Below are positions 31,369-42,255 of a DNA stretch of 61,124 bases, piece by piece. Source of the stretch: Cyanobacteria bacterium J06626_4 (GTDB lineage Bacteria; Cyanobacteriota; Cyanobacteriia; Phormidesmidales; Phormidesmidaceae); the NCBI GenBank assembly GCA_038523235.1, contig JBCBJQ010000026.1:1-61124 (forward strand). Direction: 5' to 3'. The notes under the pieces are model-generated. The model saw only the letters and a list, made by a program, of their open reading frames with translations. It did no database searches and was not told the DNA's origin. Made by a program: the position numbers and the translations under genes. Within the stretch, counting starts at the first letter, position 1. Every line of letters starts with the position of its first letter.

Positions 31369-31629
31369 TTATGCCGCTTCCATCCAGTCGTAAATCTGGT
31401 CGAGCTGTTCTAAAGAAATCAAACCGTACTGCCAGAGGACGATTGGCAGAGGCCCAGGGTCTTGCTCATACTGGCGTAGGGCCATGTTGATGGAGTCTTG
31501 CGAAACTGCTAGTTCAGTTTCTAAGAACTTGATCAGGTTGGCGTTTCGCCGTGCTGCCGTGTTTTGCATCATCGATTGCTCCCTTAGGTCAGCCCTACCG
31601 TCCGTAAACGTTGGCAAGATTCTATCCAA
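31369..31629 (-). CDS. DUF2949 family protein
   Basis: LPIVLWQYGLISLEQLDQIYDW signature; likely start 31572 or 31569 after AAGGGAG. Confidence 0.85.
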   Translation of the reverse strand: MDRILPTFTDGRADLREQSMMQNTAARRNANLIKFLETELAVSQDSINMALRQYEQDPGPLPIVLWQYGLISLEQLDQIYDWMEAA

Positions 31630-32184
31630 ACCTTTTTGGGATGCACGGATCGGATAACCGATGAAGATAATACCGTTATCACTACGGAAGTTACGGATCA
31701 GCTTCTTTGATGTCGGTCTCCAGCAGTGAGGCTTATCCCCTCAAAATATAAGGTTCTGACGCCTGCTCAAAAATCTGTAAACTCGGCATTTTCCATCAAG
31801 GCTGCACCAGGGTATCAAATATTCTTCGGTTTTGAACAGTTTCTGGCCAATTTCCTCCAATTAAATTTAATCTAATCGGCATAATTCGCAGAGTTTTTTA
31901 TCTCAAGCTCATGAAGTCGCTATACCGTGTGCTGGTTGGCCGCCGATCGCTAGGCTCGATAAGGTTTATTCTTTGCGATCGGATATCTGAGATGAGCGAG
32001 TAAAGGCGGGGGAGTCAGAGTGCCGCAAGTCCATGGTCGGCGAGTCGCCGAGAACCAGTGTCAAGCTTGTGAAACCATGGCTGTAATGGATTCAGGCCAG
32101 ATCACGGCAGCAGCAAGGTCATCGTTAGTTGCTGGCTGCTGGTTTTAGCCAGTAATCGCTCCGGTGAACTGGGTTGGTAGGGGA

Positions 32185-32784
32185 TTAACCCTCCACTTCT
32201 AGCCAGTTAATCGCAATGGGTTGCTCAACTTGTAGGTCTAACTCTGCGGCCCGCCCACCCCGGAGTTCTAAGACGTAGTCGATCGCCTGCCCGTCGGGGC
32301 CGTAAGTGGGGCAAGGGGTGGCTTCGCAGGGGGGCACATCGCTGGCGATGGCCACGATTTTGTCGTCGTAAATAAACACCATATCGAGCGGGATGAGGAC
32401 ATTCTTCATCCAAAAGCTGACGGGCCGGGCTGGCTCAAACGGGAATAGCATGCCGCGATCATCGGCTAAGGCCTCGCGGGCCATCAGCCCAATGGCCTGC
32501 TGCTGAGGGGTGTGAGCAACTTCTAAACCAATGGTTTGTTCGCTCAGTTCGACGGTGGCGGTTACGGGCAGGATCTGTCCTTGGGCCAACAGTTGCTCCA
32601 TGGCTGGCGGCAGGGCTTCGACTGGGATGTCCGCACTGTCGGTGGGGCGGTCAGTCTCAAGGGAGGGCGGAGTTTCGACGACGGGCTCAACTTCTGATGA
32701 AGCCGGGACACAGCTCGCCAAGCCCAATAATGACAATAATGTGCAGCTGACGGCACCGAGCCGCCATGGGGTAAACAAATTCAC
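32185..32784 (-). CDS. DUF192 family lipoprotein
   Basis: Lipobox LASC; GLMxR, GMLF, FWMKN..IPLDM and VLELRGG motifs. Confidence 0.9.
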   Translation of the reverse strand: MNLFTPWRLGAVSCTLLSLLGLASCVPASSEVEPVVETPPSLETDRPTDSADIPVEALPPAMEQLLAQGQILPVTATVELSEQTIGLEVAHTPQQQAIGLMAREALADDRGMLFPFEPARPVSFWMKNVLIPLDMVFIYDDKIVAIASDVPPCEATPCPTYGPDGQAIDYVLELRGGRAAELDLQVEQPIAINWLEVEG

Positions 32785-33008
32785 AACCTCAACTCCTCAA
32801 GCTCATCTAGGTTTAACGAGGGAACCACGGTGACGAATACGCTAGCGATGGCGGGAACGGCCAAATCAATAGACTCACAAAGTGTCGATTGGTTGCCGAT
32901 ACCGCAAGGCCTTTACGGCTGAGGACACTGGCTCCTCCAGCCTCAAAGAGCTTAAGGTGGCTGATGGATCGCATCAGAGTCAGCAACGCTGTAGTCAGAC
33001 GGGTGCCG

Positions 33009-33704
33009 TTAACTTTCTCTGAGCACATAGCCCACCCCCCGCACCGTTTGAATGAGTCGCTTTTCTTGGTCGCTATCAATTTTAAGCCGCAGATACCGCA
33101 CGTAAACTTCAATGACGTTCGATTCGCCGACAAAATCATAGCCCCAGACATTTTCTAAAATCTGTTCGCGGGCTAGCACTTCTCGCGGATGCTCCATCAG
33201 ATAACGTAAAAGCTCAAACTCTTTCATCGTGAGGTCGATGGTGCGGCTGTTACGCGTGGCGGTGCGCGTGCCTAAATCAAGGGCTAAGTCACCAAACCGC
33301 AATTGTTCGGTCGAGCTTTCGCCGGGCTGCAGATAGATCTGCATAATGTTGAGAAAGGCATCAGCGTGATAGGGCTTGAGACTGTAATCATCGGCCCCGG
33401 CTTCTAAGCAGGCGATGCGATCCTCAAGGGTATCGCGGGCCATCAGCAGCAAAATCGGCATGCATAACTGAGCACTGCGAAGTTTTTGGCAAACGGCTAA
33501 CCCTGACTCGTTGCCTAACAGTCGGTCAACAATGATTAAGGCGGGCGTCGATCGCTGGGCCAAATCTATACCCAAGGCCCCAGTGGCGGTGGTATTAACG
33601 GCATAGCCAGCTTCTTCCAGGTCATGACTCATCCGGCTTGCTAAGTCAGCGTTCGCACAAATCAACAATATTTGTGGCGTTTTCGGGGCAGCGTTACTTT
33701 CCAT
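33009..33704 (-). CDS. nblR: OmpR-family response regulator, NblR-like
   Basis: Receiver plus winged helix (VWGYDFVGESNVIEVYVRYLRLK); located between nadK and DUF192 as I recall for cyanobacterial nblR; start set to ATG 33704. Confidence 0.75.
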   Translation of the reverse strand: MESNAAPKTPQILLICANADLASRMSHDLEEAGYAVNTTATGALGIDLAQRSTPALIIVDRLLGNESGLAVCQKLRSAQLCMPILLLMARDTLEDRIACLEAGADDYSLKPYHADAFLNIMQIYLQPGESSTEQLRFGDLALDLGTRTATRNSRTIDLTMKEFELLRYLMEHPREVLAREQILENVWGYDFVGESNVIEVYVRYLRLKIDSDQEKRLIQTVRGVGYVLRES

Positions 33705-33896
33705 ACTTAAAGAAACCAAGTCAGGGTGGGTAACGAACAAGCACCAACCAACAATCGCAGCCGACTCGCCAGCGGTCAATCAACGTTCACCAGTCTCAAC
33801 ATCCCGGCCCGACCAATCGGCCGATTTCACTCGTGGATCTGGGGTGATGGGTGTGCGCGATCGCAGCACTTACTCAAACTGCAGCGATTATAGCGG

Positions 33897-34814
33897 CTAA
33901 GGCAATTCCACAGAGGTGGGTTTAGCAATGTGGGGCAACCCCCAGCCCAATTTTTCTCGCAATACCCGAAAAAATTCTGGCGACCCCAACCGAATAAACT
34001 TGGCAGGATACGGCGAGGGTTCAATCACGACCCAATCTTCTGGCATGACGTAACAACCGGCATTGCCATCGACCACCAATACGAGCGGGTCGGTGTTCGC
34101 CGCTGTGATTTTGACCGGCTCTGAATCGGGGAAGACGATGCCTCGGGAGGCCAAAGAATGGGGACAAATGGGAATGAGCTGTGTGACCGAAACCCCCGGT
34201 GTAATCACGGGACCGCCTGCCGAAAGCGAATAGGCGGTTGACCCCGTGGGGGTGGAAATGATGATGCCGTCAGCCGCAATATCGACCGGGGCATGATTGC
34301 CCACGGCCACTTCGAAATGACACATGCTGGTTAGCGGCTCGCGATTGAGCACCATTTCATTTAGGCACAGCGCCTCCCACAGCAATTGGTCGCCATGGTA
34401 GGCCTTAATCACGATCATCGATCGCTCTTCGACGCGATAGCTGCCCTCAAGCAACTGCTCCATCACGTTGGGTAGCTGATTCAAGTAGGTCTCGGTCAAG
34501 AATCCCATATGACCGGTATTCACCGTCAGTAGGGGAATGCCCGCCGGAGCCACCTGACGAAAAGCTGACAATACGGTGCCATCTCCCCCCAAGACCACTG
34601 CAAATGCCATGTCTTTGTCGAAATGGGGCGGTACGAGACTATCGATCGGGGTGCGACAAACCGGACGGCCGGGGCTGGAATACCCCAGCAGACCGCCTAA
34701 GCCGTTGGCAACGTGGACGTCGCAGCCTCGATCAGTGAGCTTTTCCTGCCAAATGTCAGCAGCTTCACAAGCTGCTGGTTTCATGTCGTTGAAGATAATC
34801 CCAACCTTGGGCAC
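33897..34814 (-). CDS. nadK: NAD(+) kinase
   Basis: LGGDGT, GHMGFL, LNE and [14 protein letters not shown] motifs. Confidence 0.95.
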   Translation of the reverse strand: MPKVGIIFNDMKPAACEAADIWQEKLTDRGCDVHVANGLGGLLGYSSPGRPVCRTPIDSLVPPHFDKDMAFAVVLGGDGTVLSAFRQVAPAGIPLLTVNTGHMGFLTETYLNQLPNVMEQLLEGSYRVEERSMIVIKAYHGDQLLWEALCLNEMVLNREPLTSMCHFEVAVGNHAPVDIAADGIIISTPTGSTAYSLSAGGPVITPGVSVTQLIPICPHSLASRGIVFPDSEPVKITAANTDPLVLVVDGNAGCYVMPEDWVVIEPSPYPAKFIRLGSPEFFRVLREKLGWGLPHIAKPTSVELP

Positions 34815-35046
34815 GCGTCACGTCCAGAGGGTCTAAACAAAGCTCTTTAAAGACAAACTTGCCAGCCAAACTATGAGCAGAGTGGTGTTAGATTCGCGTT
34901 GATATACGTGAAATTTTAAGCTGTCTGTCCTCCTAGGCTACCGCCTTTTTTGTTTGCTTGCGGAAATGTCTTAAAATTTTCCACAGAAATTGACTGAGCA
35001 GAATTCTGTGATGCACCAGTCAATTGGCCGGCTACCGGGCTGTGCT

Positions 35047-35074
35047 GCCTGTCAGGCCAGGCTGCCTGACAGGC
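35047..35074. terminator. Stem-loop downstream of the activase-like gene
   Basis: GCCTGTCAGGC-caggct-GCCTGACAGGC, 11-bp perfect stem, no clear U tract. Confidence 0.45.
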
Positions 35075-35100
35075 GTGAGCTCCCCGTTGCCCTCAGCGGA

Positions 35101-36441
35101 CTATGAGGGACGTTGAATGATCTGTTCTAACACCCGTTGCCGTTTGTCGGGATCGATGCCGATGAGTCGCACATAGTCGTGAGGGAAGTTACCCACGCAG
35201 GCATCCAATGTGGCGATCGCTGCCTGTGGGTCAAGGGTCTGAATTGTTGCGCAGCTATGCCAAGCGTTCGTTCGAAATCGGCGTTGATCAGCATGCTCGA
35301 TACCGACGCGATAGCCTTGCTCTAATAGCGATCGCACCTGGTTGACCGTCTCTGCTGATAACCGCGATGCTGAGGCAGTATGAGGCGTGGACTCTGTCGT
35401 GGAGCCACGAGGGGATTGGGGACGACTGAGAGGGTCTGCGTGGGGCTGGCTGATACCTGGGCGACCGGCACCGGCACCGTTATCGTCCGCCGTCGGCGTA
35501 TACGTCCGGTAGAACGGTGTCGCAGACGACTCGGTCGGAGGCGGTTGCCGAGGCGATCGCTCTCGCAGAACGCGGTTATATTGGTCGCCCAAGCGCATCG
35601 TTTGCAGTCGCTGCTGCTCGTCCACTAACTGTTGGCCAACGGCGAGCAGATGCTCAAGCACGAAGGTGGGTTTGGCAAAGTGGAGCGGCTGGTCAGAGTT
35701 CACGACACGACTCGAAACGGCCCGAATACCGACAGACTCGATGAAATCGAGAACCTGCTCGTCGTAGATGCGGGCGCGCAGCGCGCCATAAAAATCGATC
35801 GCCTGGTGAGGAAAGGCATCCACCAGTTGGGCGATCGCTGCTGGCCCCAGATTGTCGGGCGCAAAGATGCCGCTGACGATGCCGAGGCGATCGTCGCGAT
35901 CAGGCTGCCAATAAAACTTTTCCATGCGGCCATCGCGCACTAAGGGCTCGTAGAGCGTGGCAAAGTCATTGCCCGTCACGACTATTGGCACCCGTTGAAT
36001 CGGCTGCTCATCATAGCTACCCGGCAGCTGCACGTTGGTGGGATGATCGGCAATGTTCATCAAGGTATTGTTCACTAGCTGGGTATTAACGGTGTATTGG
36101 GTCAGGGCATCAAAGCGCCCCGCCCCCGCATCCAGATCGTTAATCATCAGCACCGCCATCACCCCGCGTACGCGCACTAATTCAGCAGCTTCGCGATAGC
36201 GCAGGCGAATCAATCGAGCTGGGTCGCCGGCATCAGGGCTCTCTAACTCACCGCCCGAAATCTGCACCACCTCAATGCCCATGCGCTCATACACCAGCTC
36301 GCACTGAAAGGTTTTGCCCTCCCCTTTGCGACCATGTACCCCCAAAATTAGCGGGACGCGTACCCCCTCTAGCTGCAGGTAGTTTTTGGTGATGTGAATC
36401 GCGAGCTTGTCGAGAAATCGGGGCGAGATGTAATAAGCCAT
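35101..36441 (-). CDS. rca: Rubisco activase-like AAA+ protein with C-terminal RbcS-like domain
   Basis: GRKGEGKT Walker A, INDLDAG and RDGRMEKFYW; tail resembles CcmM/RbcS repeats (EHADQRRFRTNAW, YVRLIGID, IIQRP). Confidence 0.9.
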   Translation of the reverse strand: MAYYISPRFLDKLAIHITKNYLQLEGVRVPLILGVHGRKGEGKTFQCELVYERMGIEVVQISGGELESPDAGDPARLIRLRYREAAELVRVRGVMAVLMINDLDAGAGRFDALTQYTVNTQLVNNTLMNIADHPTNVQLPGSYDEQPIQRVPIVVTGNDFATLYEPLVRDGRMEKFYWQPDRDDRLGIVSGIFAPDNLGPAAIAQLVDAFPHQAIDFYGALRARIYDEQVLDFIESVGIRAVSSRVVNSDQPLHFAKPTFVLEHLLAVGQQLVDEQQRLQTMRLGDQYNRVLRERSPRQPPPTESSATPFYRTYTPTADDNGAGAGRPGISQPHADPLSRPQSPRGSTTESTPHTASASRLSAETVNQVRSLLEQGYRVGIEHADQRRFRTNAWHSCATIQTLDPQAAIATLDACVGNFPHDYVRLIGIDPDKRQRVLEQIIQRPS

Positions 36442-36825
36442 AGAATCAAAAGCCTGTGCGATCGCGATCGATCAAGAAATGAAGGGGCGAGCCCGTACTG
36501 TTAAATGAGGCGCTAGCAGCCTTGCTAACCCCGGCGGCAAAATCAGCCTCTCCGGTATTATCCCGGACAGCGAGACATCCCCCACGTACCCTGCGGCTTT
36601 CACCGGCGAGATATCGCGAACCGCAGTTAGGTTGGGACACGCTTAATCGCCGGATCGCTTACGGTAAGTCTCTATACCTTGAATCCGGCACCTTTCTACC
36701 CTTTGCTATGGCGGCCTTGGCTCACTGGGCTGGGGAACTCAGCAATAACGCAAGGTGAAGGTTGCCCCCGGCGGCGTTAAAAAGTTAGCCGGCTGAGCTT
36801 TGGCCGCCTAGGGCCGAGCGACCGG

Positions 36826-37497
36826 TCAATCGACTAAATGATGATCCATCGCAAATCTGACCAGCTCGGCGCGGTTGCTCGTATCGGTCTTGCGTAAGAG
36901 ATTGGTCACGTACTTTTCAATCGTTCTGGGGCTGAGAAAGAGCGTGGCCGCAATCTGAGCGTTAGACATGCCTTCTGACAGCAAGTCAAGGACTGATTTT
37001 TCGCGCTCGGTCAGTGAAAAATCAGTCTCCAACTCGCGTGATTGCAGGGGAATGTTCGCCGCTGGTACGGCTGCAGGCACTGGAACTGGCAAGCTTTGAT
37101 ACTGCAGCAAAGCCGTCTGAATTAGCTGCGATCGCGCGAGGAGATTTTTGACGACGGCCCCAACTTCCTCTAGCTCGAAGGGTTTTTCGATATAGACATC
37201 ACACCCTGACTGGTAGCCTTGCACGCGCGATTGGGTGGCTGTGCGCGCGGTCAACAAAATCACGGGTAACAATCGCCAAGTCGGTTGCTGTCGCAGGCTT
37301 TTTAAGAAAGCATAGCCGTCAATCCGTGGCATGCTGATGTCAGTAATCAACAGTTGCGGCTGACATTCATTGATGACTTGCAGCGCCTTCCAACCATCAC
37401 TGGCGGTCACCACGCTGTAGCCTTCCAGTTCTAAATAGTCTTGAAGTGAGAGGCGGATGCCCTCGTCGTCATCCACAACTAAAATCGTGAGTGGCAT
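36826..37497 (-). CDS. NarL/LuxR-family response regulator (Ycf29-like)
   Basis: VVDDD and DISMP receiver motifs; LTEREKSVL..LSPRTIEKYV HTH. Confidence 0.9.
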   Translation of the reverse strand: MPLTILVVDDDEGIRLSLQDYLELEGYSVVTASDGWKALQVINECQPQLLITDISMPRIDGYAFLKSLRQQPTWRLLPVILLTARTATQSRVQGYQSGCDVYIEKPFELEEVGAVVKNLLARSQLIQTALLQYQSLPVPVPAAVPAANIPLQSRELETDFSLTEREKSVLDLLSEGMSNAQIAATLFLSPRTIEKYVTNLLRKTDTSNRAELVRFAMDHHLVD

Positions 37498-37832
37498 AAG
37501 CTTACGTCGTTGTTGCTATTCGTTTCACTGGCAACAAGTCCCTCTTCCAGGCTAAAGGGTTAACGCTCGATTCTGTCAAATTTGTTGCGAAGGTCAACAA
37601 AATTTCTGCCATTGCCAAATTTTCTCACCTAAATTTCTAGCGCTCAGCCTGGATAGCACCCTAGCTCGCTATTAGTTGCATGAGGGCTTGAGTGCTCCCT
37701 CCGGGGCTGTCCCAAAAAATCATCCTGTCCTTGACGGTACTGCCTACACCAGGTCCGTGAACGGAGTTGTCACCCCCTCAAGTTTTTGGCCTGAAAACTA
37801 CTGGAACAATCTGCGCCAGAATTTAGCTGTCG

Positions 37833-39836
37833 TTAGACTGGGGCACCCGTAATCTTCTGGCGCTTTTGCTTTTCTGGAATGTCGGTATATCGCTTAACGA
37901 TTTGGCGAAATTCGTCGCCTTCCATCGTTTCGATGTCGAGCAGGCGATCAACCAGGTAATCAATGAGCGTGCGATGCTCGCGCAAAATTTCACGGGCGCG
38001 ACTGTAGCCGTAGTTAGCGATCGCTCTGACCTGATGGTCAATTTTGGCGGCCATCGCTTCAGAATATTCTGAACGTGGCATCATGTTGCGGCCTAAAAAG
38101 ACCTCGCCGCCCATGCTTTCGAGGGCAACTGGGCCTAAATCAGACATGCCATACAGCGTCACCATTTGCCGGGCTAGGTTGGTGACCTGCTTAATGTCAC
38201 CGACGGCCCCGGTGGTGACTTCGGCATCCCCAAAGATCTCGGCCTCTGCGGCCAGTCCGCCCAAGGCTACAGTAATGCGATCTAAAATCCAGTTGCGGGT
38301 ATAGAGACCGCTATCAATCACGTCTTCGTCAGGTACGGATTGGGTAAACCCTTCAACCCCGCCCGATCGCGGAATAATGGTGACTTTGTTAAGGGCGTCG
38401 GCGTGCTCAAGCATGGTAGTCAGCAACGCGTGGCCGACCTCGTGATAGGCCGTCATTTTTTTGCGGTTGCTGTCAAGCAGGGGCGTCAAGCTGAGACCAA
38501 TTGTGAGTCGATCGATCGCATCTTCGACATCCGTCATCGTTACCGCCTCTTTGCGGCGGCGAGCGGTGAGAATGGCGGCCTCGTTCAACAAGTTTGCGAG
38601 TTCCGCTCCCGAAAAACCAGGCGTTCGGCGGGCGATCGCCTCAACCGAAACGCCGTCGTCCATCTTCTTATTGCGCGCGTGAACTTTTAAGATTTCTAAG
38701 CGACCGCTATAGGTGGGCAAATCAACGGTGACCTGGCGATCAAACCGGCCCGGCCGCAGCAGTGCCATATCCAACACGTCGGCGCGGTTGGTGGCCGCAA
38801 TGACAATAACGCCGCTGTTGCCCTCAAAACCATCCATCTCGGTCAACAGTTGATTGAGGGTCTGTTCGCGCTCGTCGTTGCCGCCGCCGATGCCGGTGCC
38901 CCGCTGTCGACCGACGGCATCAATCTCATCAATAAAGACAATGCAAGGAGCATTTTCCTTCGCTTTTTTGAACAGGTCACGCACCCGCGAAGCGCCGACG
39001 CCAACAAACATTTCGACAAACTCAGAACCGGAAATGCTGAAAAAAGGAACCGCAGCTTCCCCTGCGATCGCCTTAGCCAGCAGTGTTTTACCGGTACCCG
39101 GTGGGCCAATCAGCAAAACCCCCCGCGGAATTTTTGCGCCAATGGCCGTGAACTTCTCAGGATTTTTGAGAAAGGAAACGACTTCCTGCAGTTCTTCCTT
39201 CGCCTCTTCAATGCCGGCGACATCGGTAAACTGCACGCCGGTTTTGGCCTCCATTTGGAAGCGTGCCCGCGATCGCCCAAAGCTCATGGCCCCACCAGCG
39301 CTGTTGGCCGTGCGACGCAAAATCAGCAGCAAGCCAAACAGCAGCAACATGATGACCAGCGTGTTCGTGGCAATCCACGCGAAGGCATTGCCCGAGCCCT
39401 CCGGCTGAATCTCGACATCGACATCTTGAGCGCGCAGTCGCTGCACCAGCTCAGGGTTACTGCCGTCGCCCTGAAATAGCAGCACCTCTTGCGGCGGCTC
39501 ATCTTCGGCGGCGTCTTTAAGAATCACTTCGGCACGACCGCGATCGGGATCAATATCGACCTGGGCCACCTGCCCCGAATCGACGAGTTCTAAAAATTCA
39601 CCATAGGAGAGCTGATCATCCTCTTCTTCAGTCTGGGCCAAAGCGGGAGGCAGCGCTGTCAGGCTCTGCATTAAGAACCAGGTCGTTGTCAACAAGCCAG
39701 ATGCCGCCATCTGTGCAGTGCGGCGCAGAGAAGATTGCTGACGCAAACGGTTTGCCATAAATCGTGCCTTTAAACTCGGATCTGTGCTTGCTGCGGTGTG
39801 CCGGTAATCAAGCGACTCGGTGAACACGTTAGCCAA
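37833..39836 (-). CDS. ftsH: ATP-dependent zinc metalloprotease FtsH
   Basis: [18 protein letters not shown], second region of homology, HEVGH zinc motif. Confidence 0.96.
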   Translation of the reverse strand: MANVFTESLDYRHTAASTDPSLKARFMANRLRQQSSLRRTAQMAASGLLTTTWFLMQSLTALPPALAQTEEEDDQLSYGEFLELVDSGQVAQVDIDPDRGRAEVILKDAAEDEPPQEVLLFQGDGSNPELVQRLRAQDVDVEIQPEGSGNAFAWIATNTLVIMLLLFGLLLILRRTANSAGGAMSFGRSRARFQMEAKTGVQFTDVAGIEEAKEELQEVVSFLKNPEKFTAIGAKIPRGVLLIGPPGTGKTLLAKAIAGEAAVPFFSISGSEFVEMFVGVGASRVRDLFKKAKENAPCIVFIDEIDAVGRQRGTGIGGGNDEREQTLNQLLTEMDGFEGNSGVIVIAATNRADVLDMALLRPGRFDRQVTVDLPTYSGRLEILKVHARNKKMDDGVSVEAIARRTPGFSGAELANLLNEAAILTARRRKEAVTMTDVEDAIDRLTIGLSLTPLLDSNRKKMTAYHEVGHALLTTMLEHADALNKVTIIPRSGGVEGFTQSVPDEDVIDSGLYTRNWILDRITVALGGLAAEAEIFGDAEVTTGAVGDIKQVTNLARQMVTLYGMSDLGPVALESMGGEVFLGRNMMPRSEYSEAMAAKIDHQVRAIANYGYSRAREILREHRTLIDYLVDRLLDIETMEGDEFRQIVKRYTDIPEKQKRQKITGAPV

Positions 39837-40063
39837 TCCCTAGTTTAATCGTTCTGTCTGGGAGTGTGGCGATCAAATTGACCGAGCAGCGGTAATGTTG
39901 CTGCCGCGTTTTTGGCATTCGAAGTGCACCTTGGGGTAAAACTTCGTAAAAACTTTATCGGTAATGTCAGTGCCTTTATAAAGGCTTTATTCACAAATTG
40001 CTTACTCCTCAAGTGGCCGACTGATAATGTAACCACCTCCAGTCCCCAACTTGGTAATGGCCC

Positions 40064-40246
40064 ATGCAAAACTCTATTTCCGCAGTTTGGCAGCGCTTAA
40101 AGGCTTTCATTTCGACTGAAGTGCCTGCTGATGTGGCTGCCTGCGAGTTTGATTGCCGTGAGACCGATTGCCCTGATCGCGATTGGCAAAACTGTCATCG
40201 CCGGACGCAAAAGGCAGACGCGATCCAGCAGTTGATGTCTAAATAG
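40064..40246 (+). CDS. Small Cys-motif protein
   Basis: 60 aa with C-EFD-C-x4-C-x6-C, filling the gap between ftsH and ycf34. Confidence 0.6.
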   Translation: MQNSISAVWQRLKAFISTEVPADVAACEFDCRETDCPDRDWQNCHRRTQKADAIQQLMSK

Positions 40247-40433
40247 GGCGCTGAGTCTCTCGATCTAATTCCTGGTTGCAGTCATCGGACGCTGGCTGCC
40301 GTCTGAACCAGTCAGGCAACTTAGGCGGCAACGTTGTTAAATGGGGTTAGCAGTCGCCGCTACGCGATTGCTGATGAATGTGTATACGGCAAGTTGAGCA
40401 TTTCTCTGCAGCATGTTCAGGCGGCAGCCAGCG

Positions 40434-40682
40434 CTACGTCGGCACGAGTTCGCCAGGACGGAGTTTCGACCATTTGCCTGCTTCTTTGCGGAAGCTATCA
40501 CAGCCCACTACATCCCATTCTGTCTCAATGATTTCGCCATCTTGGCGAATATTGACATTAATTGTGGGATTGATCGCCTCAAATGCGGGTGATTCGGTCA
40601 GATGCAGCTGCTCATGCTGAGTTTCTACGGCATGGTAGGTTGTGCAGCGATCGACGTAGTGGCAATTCACACAAATGCACAT
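40434..40682 (-). CDS. ycf34: Ycf34 family protein
   Basis: MCICVNCHYVDRCxTYHAVE...EWDVVGCDSF; start set to ATG 40682. Confidence 0.92.
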   Translation of the reverse strand: MCICVNCHYVDRCTTYHAVETQHEQLHLTESPAFEAINPTINVNIRQDGEIIETEWDVVGCDSFRKEAGKWSKLRPGELVPT

Positions 40683-40792
40683 AGATCTTTTCCAACGAAA
40701 CGGCCTACTGTTGAATAAGCTGAATAAGCGCCAATGCAACTTTTTGCCAATCTAGCGTAACGGCTCGCTGCCTGGCTGGCAGAAAGTAGGCA

Positions 40793-42187
40793 ATGTTGCA
40801 AAATGAAAAGCTGTGTTTTTATCTCGCTTTCAGCCGTCAGGCTGAGGGCGCTGTTGTCTACCCCACTGTCCGTTCATTGCAAGCTGTTTCTCTTCATCAA
40901 TCCCCTTTTGCTGCCGCTGCACTCTCTGTGAGTTCTGTCTTATCTCCTCAGACCTGGCCTTTTGATCTGTCCCTGCTGCCGACATCGGCGCATTTGGTTG
41001 GCGGTAGTGTTCGCGATGCCCTGTTGGGACGCAAGGCCGACTATCTCGATCTTGACTTTGTGGTGCCTTGCGAGGCGGTGGAAACGGCTCGGGCGATCGC
41101 CCGCCACTATCAGGCCGGTTTCGTGGTGCTTGATCCGAAAAATCAGATCGCGCGTATTGTCTTTGAGCAAGCCACGGTGGATTTTGCACAGCAGGTGGGC
41201 GACAGTTTAGAGGCTGACCTTTACCGTCGGGACTTCACGGTCAACGCGATCGCCTACCATCCTCATACTGAGCAGGTTTTTGATCCGTTAGGGGGGTGTG
41301 CTGATTTGAAGCGGCGATTGCTGCGCATGATTGCTGCCGATAACTTGGCGGATGATCCGCTGCGGTTGCTACGGGCCTATCGCCAAGCCGCTCAGCTCGC
41401 CTTCACTCTTGACGAGCCTACCCGCACCACCATTCATGAACTCGCCCCGCTATTGGGCAAGGTGGCGGCAGAACGCGTGCGCGGTGAACTCGACAGTCTA
41501 CTCAGTAAGGCCGAAGGCACCCCGCTGATGCGGCTGGCCTGGGCCGATGCCGTGCTCGGCACCTGGTTACCCAATCTCTCGGCTCACCAGATTCGGCAGC
41601 TGGCAGCGGTAGATGAGGCGGCAGCCCGCCTGCAGGCCCATCGCCCCGAGTTTGCTCAACTGTTTAAAGCCTGGATCAAAGAACAGACGCCACCGGGGTT
41701 TCATCGCAGCTGGTTTAAGGCGGCCAAGCTCAGCCGCATTTTGTTCCCCGATGGGGCGATCGCTGAGGCCGAACTGACTCACTTTAAATACAGCCGAGCT
41801 GAGCAGCAGGCTGTGTTGGCGATCTTGCGCGGCTGGCCATTGCTAGCGGCGATCGCCCAGGGCAACGATTCTCGCCGTCAGCAATATCACCTGTTTCGAA
41901 CGGTGGGCAACAGCTTTATTGCCTTGGCGCTGGTCGGTCTGGCGGAGGGGGTGCCTCTCGCGGTGCTCGACGGGTTGATCGATCGCTTTTTGGACCAGGC
42001 TGACCCGGTGGCCCATCCCTATGCGCTGATCAGTGGTCGCGACTTGATTGAGCAGTTAGATCTGCGTCCTGGTCCTCACATTGGTGAACTGCTCGCGGCT
42101 GTCGAGCTCGCCCATGCTGAAGGGCATATCCACAGTCCCCAGCAGGCGATCGAGTGGGTCGTCGCGCGTCGCTCAGCGAACCTCTGA
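40793..42187 (+). CDS. tRNA nucleotidyltransferase, likely CC-adding type
   Basis: VGGSVRD..DLDF, RRDFTVNA and DDPLRLLRAYR motifs; likely start GTG 40928. Confidence 0.9.
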   Translation: MLQNEKLCFYLAFSRQAEGAVVYPTVRSLQAVSLHQSPFAAAALSVSSVLSPQTWPFDLSLLPTSAHLVGGSVRDALLGRKADYLDLDFVVPCEAVETARAIARHYQAGFVVLDPKNQIARIVFEQATVDFAQQVGDSLEADLYRRDFTVNAIAYHPHTEQVFDPLGGCADLKRRLLRMIAADNLADDPLRLLRAYRQAAQLAFTLDEPTRTTIHELAPLLGKVAAERVRGELDSLLSKAEGTPLMRLAWADAVLGTWLPNLSAHQIRQLAAVDEAAARLQAHRPEFAQLFKAWIKEQTPPGFHRSWFKAAKLSRILFPDGAIAEAELTHFKYSRAEQQAVLAILRGWPLLAAIAQGNDSRRQQYHLFRTVGNSFIALALVGLAEGVPLAVLDGLIDRFLDQADPVAHPYALISGRDLIEQLDLRPGPHIGELLAAVELAHAEGHIHSPQQAIEWVVARRSANL

Positions 42188-42255
42188 GGCTTAGAAAACA
42201 CCTGATGCCTAGCGGGCGGGTGTTGGCTGTTGCTGTTGTCTTTGACTTTCGGAGG

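Noticed and set aside
34815..35100. Small photosynthesis gene such as petM upstream of nadK
   Set aside because: I found no suitable hydrophobic short ORF
38850..39479. Long antisense ORFs over ftsH (and similar ones over glnN, gcvP, the CHAT gene and the TonB receptor)
   Set aside because: Expected shadows of GC-rich codon usage opposite well-supported genes; no recognisable motifs
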